64,000 nucleotides of DNA from a virus, in the IMG/VR virus record IMGVR_UViG_3300028585_000019, positions 1 through 64,000 of that record. The stretch is one strand, 5' to 3'. Positions 1-8,707 of the stretch are shown here, piece after piece. The number at the start of each line of letters is the position of its first letter. Position 1 is the stretch's first letter. The notes below the pieces were generated by a model. The model searched no databases. It was not told the origin of the DNA and was given only the letters and a program-made list of their open reading frames with translations. The position numbers were made by a program, and so were the translations under genes.

Positions 1-12
1 GCAGGAGCTGTT

Positions 13-255
13 ATGCAATTTAATCGATTGAGTCTTAAAGGTTCTGAAGAAGACGATTGGTGGTTCGATAAAGGGCGTGATAAAGTCGCAAAATATGTGG
101 GTATTTCGCGCCATGATGCAGATGAATTGTTCTCCCCTTGGAACCAATCCACCTTAGATCGTGAATATCTGGATTACAGTCAGCCTAAAACCGCCGCAAA
201 AGTAGTTCGACACTTCATTGAAACAGGGGTTGTTGACTGGGAAAAGTTCATGTAA
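13..255 (+). CDS. hypothetical early protein (probably 5'-truncated by the window edge)
   Basis: ORF followed directly by a terminator; no recognisable motif. Confidence 0.6.
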   Translation: MQFNRLSLKGSEEDDWWFDKGRDKVAKYVGISRHDADELFSPWNQSTLDREYLDYSQPKTAAKVVRHFIETGVVDWEKFM

Positions 256-262
256 TATACCT

Positions 263-288
263 AGCCCGCTTTATGCGGGCTTTTCTTT
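263..288 (+). terminator. intrinsic terminator
   Basis: AGCCCGC-TTTAT-GCGGGCT followed by TTTCTTT. Confidence 0.85.
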
Positions 289-323
289 ATCTAAAATATT
301 TTCAATTTTCTTATAAAATCTTG

Positions 324-352
324 TTGACACACCCTTCAAGCTTTGCAATAAT
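324..352 (+). promoter_or_regulatory. sigma70-type early promoter
   Basis: TTGACA-N17-AATAAT with AT-rich upstream tract. Confidence 0.75.
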
Positions 353-385
353 CCTCACAACGAAGCAAAACAACAGGGGTTAAAA

Positions 386-538
386 ATGCACTCTTTTATT
401 TTTTATTATGACACAAGGTTTTCAACTGGCCTTCTCTGCATTAAGGTTAAAGCCGAGACTAAAGAAGCTGCAAAAGCTGATTTCTTCAAGCTTGTGCCCG
501 GCTGCACTGAAATCCGTAAAATTGTCAAAGAGTACTGA
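386..538 (+). CDS. 50-aa hypothetical protein (not in ORF track)
   Basis: AGGGGT RBS then ATG; MHSFIFYYDTRF...KIVKEY; sits between the promoter and the next ORF. Confidence 0.65.
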   Translation: MHSFIFYYDTRFSTGLLCIKVKAETKEAAKADFFKLVPGCTEIRKIVKEY

Positions 539-541
539 GAA

Positions 542-820
542 ATGAACTTATCCAATCTGAGTCACCCTGTAGTACAATGCCGTATCTACGCAGCGATGCG
601 AATGGCTGTGAATGCTGCGAATGGTTTGCTTCCAAGCTTGAGTAAGCGTAAGACTACGGTTGTATCCCTCGGTGATATTGGGTTAGCTTGCATCAAGAAT
701 AACAGCGGTAAAGGTTTCCTCTCTGTTGTATATGATAAGCGTGGATTGTCAGGTTTTACATTCGAGTCTGGTGGTAAAGACGTTACCGATATTGTTACTA
801 AATCTTTGAGGGTGAATTGA
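542..820 (+). CDS. hypothetical early protein
   Basis: tightly packed operon ORF. Confidence 0.7.
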   Translation: MNLSNLSHPVVQCRIYAAMRMAVNAANGLLPSLSKRKTTVVSLGDIGLACIKNNSGKGFLSVVYDKRGLSGFTFESGGKDVTDIVTKSLRVN

Positions 821-821
821 G

Positions 822-1064
822 ATGACATTCAAAGACTGGTTTGAAAAAGAATTCAAGTTCCCGTATGATCCGAGAATCGAAGCTTTTAAAAACATTTTCA
901 ATCTTGACAAGGTTGAGGGAATGCGGGTAGGTTATGAAGTAGCACAGGAACAAGGTATCTGTATTCACGATGGTCAGAAACTTTTGTGTGAATACATACT
1001 AAACAACGATAAAGGAATTTCCGATAACACCCGACAGATTCTTGAATTGTTTGTAGGTAAATAA
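822..1064 (+). CDS. hypothetical early protein
   Basis: GAGGGTG RBS, packed operon. Confidence 0.7.
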   Translation: MTFKDWFEKEFKFPYDPRIEAFKNIFNLDKVEGMRVGYEVAQEQGICIHDGQKLLCEYILNNDKGISDNTRQILELFVGK

Positions 1065-1065
1065 A

Positions 1066-1284
1066 ATGCTAGGTAAATACGCACGTCCAAAAGCTAAGCG
1101 TGTAACAAGCCTTAGTGATTACAGGACTATCAATTACGTTAGCGAATGTAGCCAATGGGCAAAGCTTGAGAATGATAATGGTATTTACAAGGTGCAGGCT
1201 TTAGTGGTATTGTCTGATTCTCTAGCTCAGAGGCTTGTTGAAGCTAGAGAAGAAATTAAGCAGATAACGCAAAAGAAAGCTTGA
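1066..1284 (+). CDS. hypothetical early protein
   Basis: packed operon, AGGT RBS. Confidence 0.65.
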   Translation: MLGKYARPKAKRVTSLSDYRTINYVSECSQWAKLENDNGIYKVQALVVLSDSLAQRLVEAREEIKQITQKKA

Positions 1285-1308
1285 CACAGAGAACAGATGG
1301 TTTAGAAT
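1281..1308 (+). promoter_or_regulatory. sigma70-type early promoter
   Basis: AAAGC-TTGACA-N16-TAGAAT. Confidence 0.7.
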
Positions 1309-1354
1309 AGAAAACGTAAAGCGGATTATCTAAATAAATTCTAGGAGAGATATC

Positions 1355-1651
1355 ATGTCTATTGAAAATCGTGTAGAAAATATTGTCTGGGATGCTTATC
1401 AAATGTATTCTGGTAAGCCCAACGAAGGGGCAGGTTCGCCATTTCCTATGTATTCACATAACAACCCGACACCTATCTTTTGGCGTGGTTTTGTGCGTCA
1501 GTTGATGGTAGATGGGGCTTCAGATGAGCAGGTTATTCAACTTCTCCAAAGTAAGCATATGCGTTGGATGTTTGATTCAGACAGTGATAAGATCGAAGAG
1601 ATTGCAGAGCAAATGGCGAAAAATTATTCTGAAATTGCTAAAACTCTTTAA
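1355..1651 (+). CDS. hypothetical early protein
   Basis: AGGAG RBS. Confidence 0.75.
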   Translation: MSIENRVENIVWDAYQMYSGKPNEGAGSPFPMYSHNNPTPIFWRGFVRQLMVDGASDEQVIQLLQSKHMRWMFDSDSDKIEEIAEQMAKNYSEIAKTL

Positions 1652-1663
1652 GGAAGTCTAAAA

Positions 1664-1768
1664 ATGAAACAAGAACGCCTAAGTAAATCAGAAAAGAAAC
1701 AAGCTGTCTCCCTTTGTAAAGCTAAGAAAGGGAAACGTAATCTTTGGCAATTGAAAGAGGAGGATTGA
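1664..1768 (+). CDS. 34-aa basic peptide (not in ORF track)
   Basis: AAGGA RBS; MKQERLSKSEKKQ... Confidence 0.5.
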   Translation: MKQERLSKSEKKQAVSLCKAKKGKRNLWQLKEED

Positions 1769-1770
1769 GT

Positions 1771-1959
1771 ATGGAAATTATTCAAAACTTTTGGTTAGCC
1801 TTCAATATCATTTTTGGTCTTTGGAGCGCTCGGAATTGGTTGCTTTATATATATGCAAAACTAATGGGCGCAAGGTTTACTCAAGGTGAGTACGGTAGGC
1901 TACTTGACCTCTTGATTCCTACCAGCTGCCTTGCGTACTATTTGACCTTTCATAGTTAA
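1771..1959 (+). CDS. small membrane protein
   Basis: GAGGAGG RBS before ATG 1771; hydrophobic N-terminus; terminator hairpin AGCCCTC-AAAA-GAGGGCT follows. Confidence 0.7.
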   Translation: MEIIQNFWLAFNIIFGLWSARNWLLYIYAKLMGARFTQGEYGRLLDLLIPTSCLAYYLTFHS

Positions 1960-2126
1960 TTCATAGCCCTCAAAAGAGGGCTTTTCTTTACCTGCACTAA
2001 TACAAATTCTCTATCAATCTCTCACTACCTCATAGAAATATTCAATTTCCATTGATGTTAGATTGTTGTAGAATGGACAACAAGAAGGAAGCAAAGAGCT
2101 TTCCAAATACTAAAGGAATAAAGGTC

Positions 2127-2291
2127 ATGAGCGCTAAATATAGAATCACAGTGTCTAAAGCAGCACCACAAGATCTTAAAAACAAAGAGTTTCCTAATTG
2201 GGCTATGTCTTATAACGAATGCAGTCGATACTTGAATAAAGTTTGTATAGCAGATCAAATGTGGTTTCATATCCTACCTGTTGAGAACTAA
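2127..2291 (+). CDS. hypothetical early protein
   Basis: AAGGA/AAGG RBS before MSAKYRIT. Confidence 0.55.
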   Translation: MSAKYRITVSKAAPQDLKNKEFPNWAMSYNECSRYLNKVCIADQMWFHILPVEN

Positions 2292-2299
2292 ATAAAAGC

Positions 2300-2328
2300 T
2301 TGACACCATGGCCAAGGAAGGTCATAAT
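2300..2328 (+). promoter_or_regulatory. sigma70-type early promoter
   Basis: AAAAGC-TTGACA-N17-CATAAT. Confidence 0.75.
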
Positions 2329-2362
2329 CTCTGCACAACCAAAACGAAACAGGGTGAATAAA

Positions 2363-2866
2363 ATGCGTAAACTGATCGGCAAAGGCAGCTTCACAAAGGC
2401 TTACCAAATCGCACAAGATAAGGTAGAAGTATTGAGTATTTGCCCTGCTAAAGAATGCTACGCTCTGTTCTCTCAAGGGAACCCACTTGCACCAGTGATT
2501 GAGAGGATTGATTACCTTGAAAATGGCAATAGTGTTTATCATATGCCACTTTATCCTAAAGTTACAGCACCTAAGAAACAGCTCAATAAAGAAGCTTACA
2601 AAGTGTACATAGAGCTTCGCAAGGTCTCTAGTCATTGGAATATCAATTACAACAGCTTTTATGAGAAGATAGGAGAATCATCTATTGATGAAGAGGCTAA
2701 AGAGGACATCCTTAGTCTTGTTAGTGATGTTTGCAATAGTATTGATTGTGACGATATGGGCTTTGAGATTAGCCCCCGTAACATCAGCACTAATGATAAT
2801 GGCGACCTTATCATGCTAGATTGTTTCTTTAGCAGAAAGCTTCTTAAAACCACATGGAAACGTTAA
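2363..2866 (+). CDS. minimal protein-kinase-like fold protein
   Basis: Gly-loop LIGKGSFTKAY, catalytic-loop-like FEISPRNI, Mg-binding-like LIMLDCF. Confidence 0.55.
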   Translation: MRKLIGKGSFTKAYQIAQDKVEVLSICPAKECYALFSQGNPLAPVIERIDYLENGNSVYHMPLYPKVTAPKKQLNKEAYKVYIELRKVSSHWNINYNSFYEKIGESSIDEEAKEDILSLVSDVCNSIDCDDMGFEISPRNISTNDNGDLIMLDCFFSRKLLKTTWKR

Positions 2867-2941
2867 AAATAAAGCTTGCAAAGCATTCTCAGTGTGTTAA
2901 TCTACCCCTGTCGAAACAAAGAACCTCTAGGAAGAATGATT

Positions 2942-3064
2942 ATGAGCTTCGCTGACAGACTTGCTAAACAACTTGAACAAGCGCCAGCACGTACAACGTT
3001 CAATGCACAGAAGAAGCCATACAGCTGGGAAACTGAGAGTAAACAAAAGCGTAGTGTTCGTTAA
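2942..3064 (+). CDS. small basic hypothetical protein
   Basis: preceded by TTGCAA-N16-TAATCT promoter (2876-2903) and AGGA RBS. Confidence 0.5.
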   Translation: MSFADRLAKQLEQAPARTTFNAQKKPYSWETESKQKRSVR

Positions 3065-3082
3065 AAAGATAGAAATAAAAGC

Positions 3083-3111
3083 TTGACAGCTACACACAGA
3101 ACCCTTAAAAT
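3083..3111 (+). promoter_or_regulatory. sigma70-type early promoter
   Basis: AAAAGC-TTGACA-N17-TAAAAT. Confidence 0.75.
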
Positions 3112-3157
3112 TAGCACAACAGAACGCAGGATGTCTCTGCGAAATAGGAGAAAGAAG

Positions 3158-3367
3158 ATGAGTAAAGGTAAATGGTTCATTGATAAAGATTGTGATCTTG
3201 GTCTGTTTGTGAACGGCTCTTTCCATGTCTTCTATAAATGGCATGATTCCTGTGTAGTCGAAGATTACCAAGACGACGAGGTAACTTTCCTGAATGATAG
3301 AAACTCCAAAGAACTCTGGAGAAAAATTCAAGCTGCTGTAGATGAATTCAAGAAAGAAAACATCTAA
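3158..3367 (+). CDS. hypothetical early protein
   Basis: AGGAG RBS before MSKGKWF. Confidence 0.65.
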   Translation: MSKGKWFIDKDCDLGLFVNGSFHVFYKWHDSCVVEDYQDDEVTFLNDRNSKELWRKIQAAVDEFKKENI

Positions 3368-3386
3368 GTAATCTTACCGAAAGTCC

Positions 3387-3415
3387 TTGACACACTGAGG
3401 GCTTTCTAATAAAAT
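3387..3415 (+). promoter_or_regulatory. sigma70-type early promoter
   Basis: TTGACA-N17-TAAAAT. Confidence 0.75.
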
Positions 3416-3455
3416 TATTCCTAATGAAACAGCAAACTCTTAAGGAACTAACAAA

Positions 3456-3993
3456 ATGACTATCTCTTCCGCTCTGTACAACATTCTCCCTCTTCTCGTT
3501 GCTGGTGAAGCATTTATGTACGCAATGTCTAAAGTGATGGGGGTGTAATCATGACAATCATTTATGGCCTTATGTTAACAATCTGCATTAATGGCTCATG
3601 CAATACAACAATTCCAGAGAGCTATTATAGTATGGATGATTGTGTTAATGTGTTGAAAGAGATAGACAAAGCTGTAAATATCAATCCCGTAGTTTCTTTT
3701 GAATGTAAGATTGTCGAGGAGTAGATAAACATGGAATATTTTATTGGCTTTATGCTTGTTATTGTGATTATCCAGCTCTGGCACATTCAAGGCTATTTAC
3801 GCTTGAATTGTAAGAACCAAGTTAAACAAGCAGAACAGATTGCTATTCTCTTTGAAAGGATGAACAAGAAATGAACACACAAACATTCTCTAAACCTAAT
3901 GCAGCATTCATTGTAGCGTTTGGCTATATTCGGGAGGGGAAGAAGGCTAAGCTTTATAAGGAAGATGGTAGTTGGTTTGTGGAAGTAATCTAA
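3456..3993 (+). other. operon of four tiny ORFs missing from the ORF track (3456-3548, 3551-3724, 3731-3874, 3871-3993), mostly membrane or secreted peptides
   Basis: each has an RBS or ATGA coupling; followed by terminator AGCCCC-TTAATT-GGGGCT (about 4011-4030). Confidence 0.6.
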
Positions 3994-4051
3994 ACTGATG
4001 TAAACAAAACAGCCCCTTAATTGGGGCTTTATCCATTTCTAAGGAGGAAAC

Positions 4052-4744
4052 ATGAACGATGAAGAACTAATTAAAAGCTTGAAGTGTACATGCAAAGAGA
4101 GGCTTGCAGAGGTTAAGTGGCACTCTGTTAGCTGCGAATATCGTATAGGTTGGGTGAAGAACAAGGACTCTTACTGGATGCCTCAAAGAGCTATTGACGC
4201 TGCAATTAAGCATCACAACCTAATAGCTGATAAACCATTTGTTTATATTGGTGATTCTGAAGCAGAGTTGGTTGATCGCCTGTCTATGAAGCACACAGAA
4301 TGGGTCTATAATTATGGAACACAACAAGACATCGAAGATGTTTACTACGAAGAATCTGGAGAAATTCCTGTAAAAGGAATAGATCATGAACGATATAAAC
4401 CAGAGCCTCCAGATAAAGACAGAGTCAAGGAGACCTTCAGTAGTTATATTTACATGGTATTTGTTGACGACCAATTGAAGTATATTGGTAAGGGTAAAGG
4501 AAGCAGATATAAACACCCTAACTCAGGGGCAAGCAGTGTTGTGGAATTGAACAGAGATTATTTTGAAGGTAGGAATATTGTTGTACGTTTTGCTAAGAAA
4601 GGTTTATCAGATCAAGCAGCAATCCTTCTAGAAAGAGATTTAATAGGTAGTTCCAAAAGATATGGAAGGCTTTATAACAAACAATATCCAATTCGCTACA
4701 ACTACATAAACATTGAGGAAGTATTATCAAAATTGATTGACTGA
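4052..4744 (+). CDS. GIY-YIG (LEM-3-like) nuclease domain protein
   Basis: YIYMVFVDDQLKYIGKGKGSRY ... LERDLI ... LYNKQ. Confidence 0.7.
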   Translation: MNDEELIKSLKCTCKERLAEVKWHSVSCEYRIGWVKNKDSYWMPQRAIDAAIKHHNLIADKPFVYIGDSEAELVDRLSMKHTEWVYNYGTQQDIEDVYYEESGEIPVKGIDHERYKPEPPDKDRVKETFSSYIYMVFVDDQLKYIGKGKGSRYKHPNSGASSVVELNRDYFEGRNIVVRFAKKGLSDQAAILLERDLIGSSKRYGRLYNKQYPIRYNYINIEEVLSKLID

Positions 4745-4746
4745 TC

Positions 4747-4770
4747 ATAAACCCTCGTACGAGGGTTTAT
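4747..4770. terminator. perfect palindrome / terminator
   Basis: ATAAACCCTCGTACGAGGGTTTAT. Confidence 0.65.
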
Positions 4771-5267
4771 ATATTTCTACATACAACACAAATCTAAACA
4801 CATTCTGTGTTTGTGTATCTAACTGTCTAATGCTTACGCATTAGCTTACATTCTCTCATAGCGTTAGCTATGTCTATTATACCTCCCTTCCTACACTCCC
4901 TGTTAACGTAGCTTGTCTACGTATCCCTTAGTCATTGGCTTTGCCAATAGTTATTGTATGTCTCTTATTGATAATGTCTGGTTATCTATTAATGTTAGTG
5001 ATAGTGTCTTTCCTAAGTGATTGTGTGAGACCATGGAATGGTTAAGCATACTTACCTCTCTTTTACAACAAATACTTACCACTACCCTCTCTTATCTCCT
5101 CTTATTAGCAACAATCATACCAATTATCGAGCCATAGCGAGATATTATTAAAGTATCTATAGCTATTAAAGGAATTAATTATTAAGATAACTAATGATGT
5201 TCTATCAATTGATAGAGAATATTATCTTGACAAGTTATCTCTATTAAGAATGTATTTTCTTAGTATG

Positions 5268-5291
5268 TATATATTATACCGGCTTAATTAA
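5268..5291. repeat. 24-bp direct repeat, copy 1 (copy 2 at 6691-6714)
   Basis: TATATATTATACCGGCTTAATTAA, identical in both copies. Confidence 0.9.
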
Positions 5292-5554
5292 TAGATAGAA
5301 TTCATTAGACATTGCTCATGCAATGATATAAGAAATATTATTGAGTAAATCTATTCAATAGGATAGAGCCTATAGGGACAATCAATTAGACTTAGACAGG
5401 GATTTTGTTTATTCTAGAGGGGGATATGGTCTGGGTGGCTGGACTGTCTAAGCAGGTAAGCTAAAGATCCGTCAGTTTCCATAGTTATCGGATTTTCTAT
5501 AGACAAAAGAAAACCCTTCAATAAGAAGGGCTAAGCTGAAAATATGGGGGTTGG

Positions 5555-6670
5555 TTAAAGTGGCACAATTTCGATGTTAGTTACATCAATTCCTAGTCTT
5601 TCTAAGGTTTGCTTAAATGTAGTTTGCCAGCGAGCTTTCTTTGTATTAACAGCCTTCGGTACAAACCCATACTTAATCCACATATCCTTGACGAGCGTAA
5701 CCTCACCATTTAGAAGAACTTTACGAACCTTCTGTACAGGTAGTTTAACAGCATCTTCAAATGGCAGCTTATGTTTGGTCATATTCTCTTTTACACGAGT
5801 ATCACTTGTCTCATAATATGCAATCCACTCACAGCGTCGCTTAGAGACACCATCAATGATATATGTCTTCCGTGTATCTATTGGCTCGTGCTGATTAATT
5901 AAATATTTAAGCTCTACCAAACTGTTACCACACAACTCGATGTTATCTCTAACCCTTGCTATAACTACTCCAAGATAATCAGCTATCTCCTGTAGACTAG
6001 AGAACTGGTATCTGACACCACCAATACCTTGTAAGTCATACCCAGATCTGTAGTTAGATTCATAGAACATTGCAGCATAGATGTTATCAGAAGTAGAGTA
6101 CCTAATGTAAACTTTGTCATAATCTTTATTGAAGTGGTTACACAGATCAATGAGACGGTGTGTCTCTCCTTCCCATTCTACAGTTTTCTGGTGCCGAGAT
6201 TGAGCCCTTAGCTCTTCTAGTTGTTCTAGATCGTTTGTCAACTTTCTGTGTAAATATGCATAAGCATATGCAGGATTATTACCTTTGTAGAAGGTCTTTA
6301 CATGCACCCAAAACCCTTTATAAATAGCGTAATAGCTGGCTTCTGTATTTCTTTGGTTCATACTATTACAAACCCAACGTAGATTCTCTACCCTGTTATC
6401 AAACTTGTCTCGATTAATATGGTCTACTATTTTCATTTTAGGATCGTCTGGTTTAGGAATCCAAGATTGAGCAATTAATCTATGCAGACGATAGAGGCAT
6501 CTCTTGCCACCATCCGGAACTAAGTGAACGTAATAGTATTGGGGTATCCCGGATTTTGTTACTTTCTCGATCCTACCATCTGAGATTCGTTTAATGTTCC
6601 CCATGTTTGAAAATAAGTAATTAGTAAAACCTTCTAGCGGCTTCCATTCTTCTGTTGTTTCAGTTCCCAA
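5555..6670 (-). CDS. HNH homing endonuclease (NUMOD4 + HNH)
   Basis: EEWKPLEGF..Y.FSNMG (NUMOD4); HRLIA...VDHINRDKFDNRVENLRW; AGGAG RBS with TTG start. Confidence 0.85.
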   Translation of the reverse strand: MGTETTEEWKPLEGFTNYLFSNMGNIKRISDGRIEKVTKSGIPQYYYVHLVPDGGKRCLYRLHRLIAQSWIPKPDDPKMKIVDHINRDKFDNRVENLRWVCNSMNQRNTEASYYAIYKGFWVHVKTFYKGNNPAYAYAYLHRKLTNDLEQLEELRAQSRHQKTVEWEGETHRLIDLCNHFNKDYDKVYIRYSTSDNIYAAMFYESNYRSGYDLQGIGGVRYQFSSLQEIADYLGVVIARVRDNIELCGNSLVELKYLINQHEPIDTRKTYIIDGVSKRRCEWIAYYETSDTRVKENMTKHKLPFEDAVKLPVQKVRKVLLNGEVTLVKDMWIKYGFVPKAVNTKKARWQTTFKQTLERLGIDVTNIEIVPL

Positions 6671-6690
6671 TTTAATACTCCTATATCTTC

Positions 6691-6714
6691 TATATATTAT
6701 ACCGGCTTAATTAA
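6691..6714 (-). repeat. 24-bp direct repeat, copy 2; contains TATAAT on the - strand upstream of the HNH gene
   Basis: identical to 5268-5291. Confidence 0.9.
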
Positions 6715-7130
6715 ATGAATGCTCTGTTCTGTCTGTGGTAGCCATACAGTATTGCTTGCTCTTCTGTTACAACAGATTGTTGAGGGTATCGCGTCTTCAA
6801 TATACTTTCGTCTGACAAACACTTAATAAGAGGTCTGTAACACAAGAAACAAGCCTTGACGTACAGCTTTGCTTGGCTTTGTTTAATCTCCAACAGCTTC
6901 ATCACGGATTCCGTTGATATCTCATTTAGTGTAACAAAGCATCGTATTATATTACTTGTAGATAGTGGGATTTGGTTAGCTCTATCACCATACCAATCCA
7001 ACCTTGCTATACCACTAACAATATCATCAACCCATAGAGGCCAAATCTTAGGGTCGTCTTTACCGAACCATTCTTGACGGAATTGCTCTCGTATGTCATT
7101 TATCAGGATGTTTGGTTTTCTACCTCTCAT
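6711..7130 (-). CDS. hypothetical protein, possible HTH
   Basis: ISTESVMKLLEIKQSQAKLYV pattern; ATGA coupling. Confidence 0.6.
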   Translation of the reverse strand: MRGRKPNILINDIREQFRQEWFGKDDPKIWPLWVDDIVSGIARLDWYGDRANQIPLSTSNIIRCFVTLNEISTESVMKLLEIKQSQAKLYVKACFLCYRPLIKCLSDESILKTRYPQQSVVTEEQAILYGYHRQNRAFI

Positions 7131-7300
7131 CTGTCCTCCACTTTCTTTTCTTCAATCTCTCTTAGTTGGTCTTCTTGTGATTTGTTCTTCATCCGCTTCC
7201 TACGTTTAATCCATTCTTTTCCTCCTAGAACAAGTAAAGCCTCTGTGTTGGAGGCATAAAGATTTTCAAGCTCTGGTGTTATATCTGGGATTTTATTCAT
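7127..7300 (-). CDS. hypothetical protein
   Basis: packed operon. Confidence 0.55.
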   Translation of the reverse strand: MNKIPDITPELENLYASNTEALLVLGGKEWIKRRKRMKNKSQEDQLREIEEKKVEDR

Positions 7301-7304
7301 CCCG

Positions 7305-7847
7305 TCACCCACTCCTCTTAGTCAAGTCTCTAATACAAACACTGCTGTCACACCAAGGCTCTCGATACAACATAGTTAGATGGTGAATAAGGTCATCTCT
7401 GTCTTGTTGAGTCAGAGCTTCCCACTCATCTTTAGGGAACGCATGATGTTTCTCATAGCTAGTACCATTACCCTGCATCCTAGCGAAGTAAAAGGTAACA
7501 AGGATACCAGCCTCTTCATCATCTTTCATTTTCTGTTCGCGTTGTTTCCAATATTCCAGATTTTTCGTGAAGCTCCTTGTTTGATGTTCATCTTGTACTA
7601 CACAAAAGGTACGATCAATGTTCATCACATCAGAAATATTTTTCTCGATTATAGACTTGTAGGGTTCTGGGATTTCTTTAGGCCAATGGTTGTGTGCAAT
7701 CTGATAAGCCTCCTTACTGTGCTCTTGTGGACGAAAAGACCATCCAGTCCCCTTCAAGTGATAGGTGAGTTTAATACCTGTAATTAAATCAATCTCTGTG
7801 TGAGTAATCCCAAACTGTTCGCTAAGACGTTCATTTAAATCTTTCAT
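7305..7847 (-). CDS. hypothetical protein
   Basis: GAGGAG RBS, ATGA coupling. Confidence 0.7.
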   Translation of the reverse strand: MKDLNERLSEQFGITHTEIDLITGIKLTYHLKGTGWSFRPQEHSKEAYQIAHNHWPKEIPEPYKSIIEKNISDVMNIDRTFCVVQDEHQTRSFTKNLEYWKQREQKMKDDEEAGILVTFYFARMQGNGTSYEKHHAFPKDEWEALTQQDRDDLIHHLTMLYREPWCDSSVCIRDLTKRSG

Positions 7848-8293
7848 TTCTTCTCCTCATCAATAATCTTATCTCGAATTTCCATTAGCATCTTACCAAG
7901 CGTGTTCTCACCAACCTCTGTCTTACTACACACTCCCCAATACTTATCACCCCACCAATTATATTCAACAAGCTCAATACCCCGTGTCTTAATGAGGTTA
8001 CTACGAAGTGTAGGGTTTCTCTTTGAAAATTTGTATTCCAATCCATAACGCATTACATTCTCTTTAATGCCATCCCAATCTTCTCTTATGCAGAAGTCCT
8101 TACAGAAAGCTTTAAGACCTTTACTCGGATGATCAGCAATCAAGAACCTTGTGTGCTCATCTTTAAACTTCATTGCTTGATAGAAGTGCTCATTAGTTTT
8201 GTACACAGTAAAATTGTAAGTTAGGGGTGCTTCAAACCTTGCGAAATTAGACAGGAACGCAAATTCGTCTCTAAAGCCTTTCCATGTCTTCAT
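7844..8293 (-). CDS. NADAR (YbiA-like) N-glycosidase / ADP-ribosylhydrolase
   Basis: FLSNF, EHFYQAMKF, REDWD.IK..VM..GL..KF, LVE...GDKYWG, GENTLGKMLMEIR. Confidence 0.9.
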   Translation of the reverse strand: MKTWKGFRDEFAFLSNFARFEAPLTYNFTVYKTNEHFYQAMKFKDEHTRFLIADHPSKGLKAFCKDFCIREDWDGIKENVMRYGLEYKFSKRNPTLRSNLIKTRGIELVEYNWWGDKYWGVCSKTEVGENTLGKMLMEIRDKIIDEEKK

Positions 8294-8407
8294 CCCTCAA
8301 TCCCTCCTGAAACCAAACACAATAAATAGGAACACCTAGAAAAATCACTGCCACAATAATCATACCGTATTTAGCATGCCTGTGGAATCTGTCGAAGTCG
8401 AAGCTGG

Positions 8408-8707
8408 TCATTCCCAACTAGTCCTCCCATATTGTCCAATTAGGTCTCCAAGGAATTGATTTAGCTTCATCTTATCTTCAGCAATCAACTCGCCTTCACC
8501 GACAATAATAGAAATATGACCACCGATATAATCACCAAACCACTGATCCAACCAATCTTGGTCTTTAATGATACGATCATAATTCTCTTCCCAACACAAT
8601 TCATTATCATCAAACTGTACAGCAGTATCTGCGTAATCTTTTGCCACTTGCTCTGCTGTGTATTTGTATGTCCTACCAAAGTTTGTTTTTACAATGTAGT
8701 CTTTCAT
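8408..8707 (-). CDS. acidic hypothetical protein
   Basis: GAGGAG RBS, coupled start. Confidence 0.7.
   Translation of the reverse strand: MKDYIVKTNFGRTYKYTAEQVAKDYADTAVQFDDNELCWEENYDRIIKDQDWLDQWFGDYIGGHISIIVGEGELIAEDKMKLNQFLGDLIGQYGRTSWE

Noticed and set aside
4747-5550. CRISPR or mini-CRISPR array
   Set aside because: The hairpins differ in sequence; there are no regularly spaced direct repeats and no cas genes.
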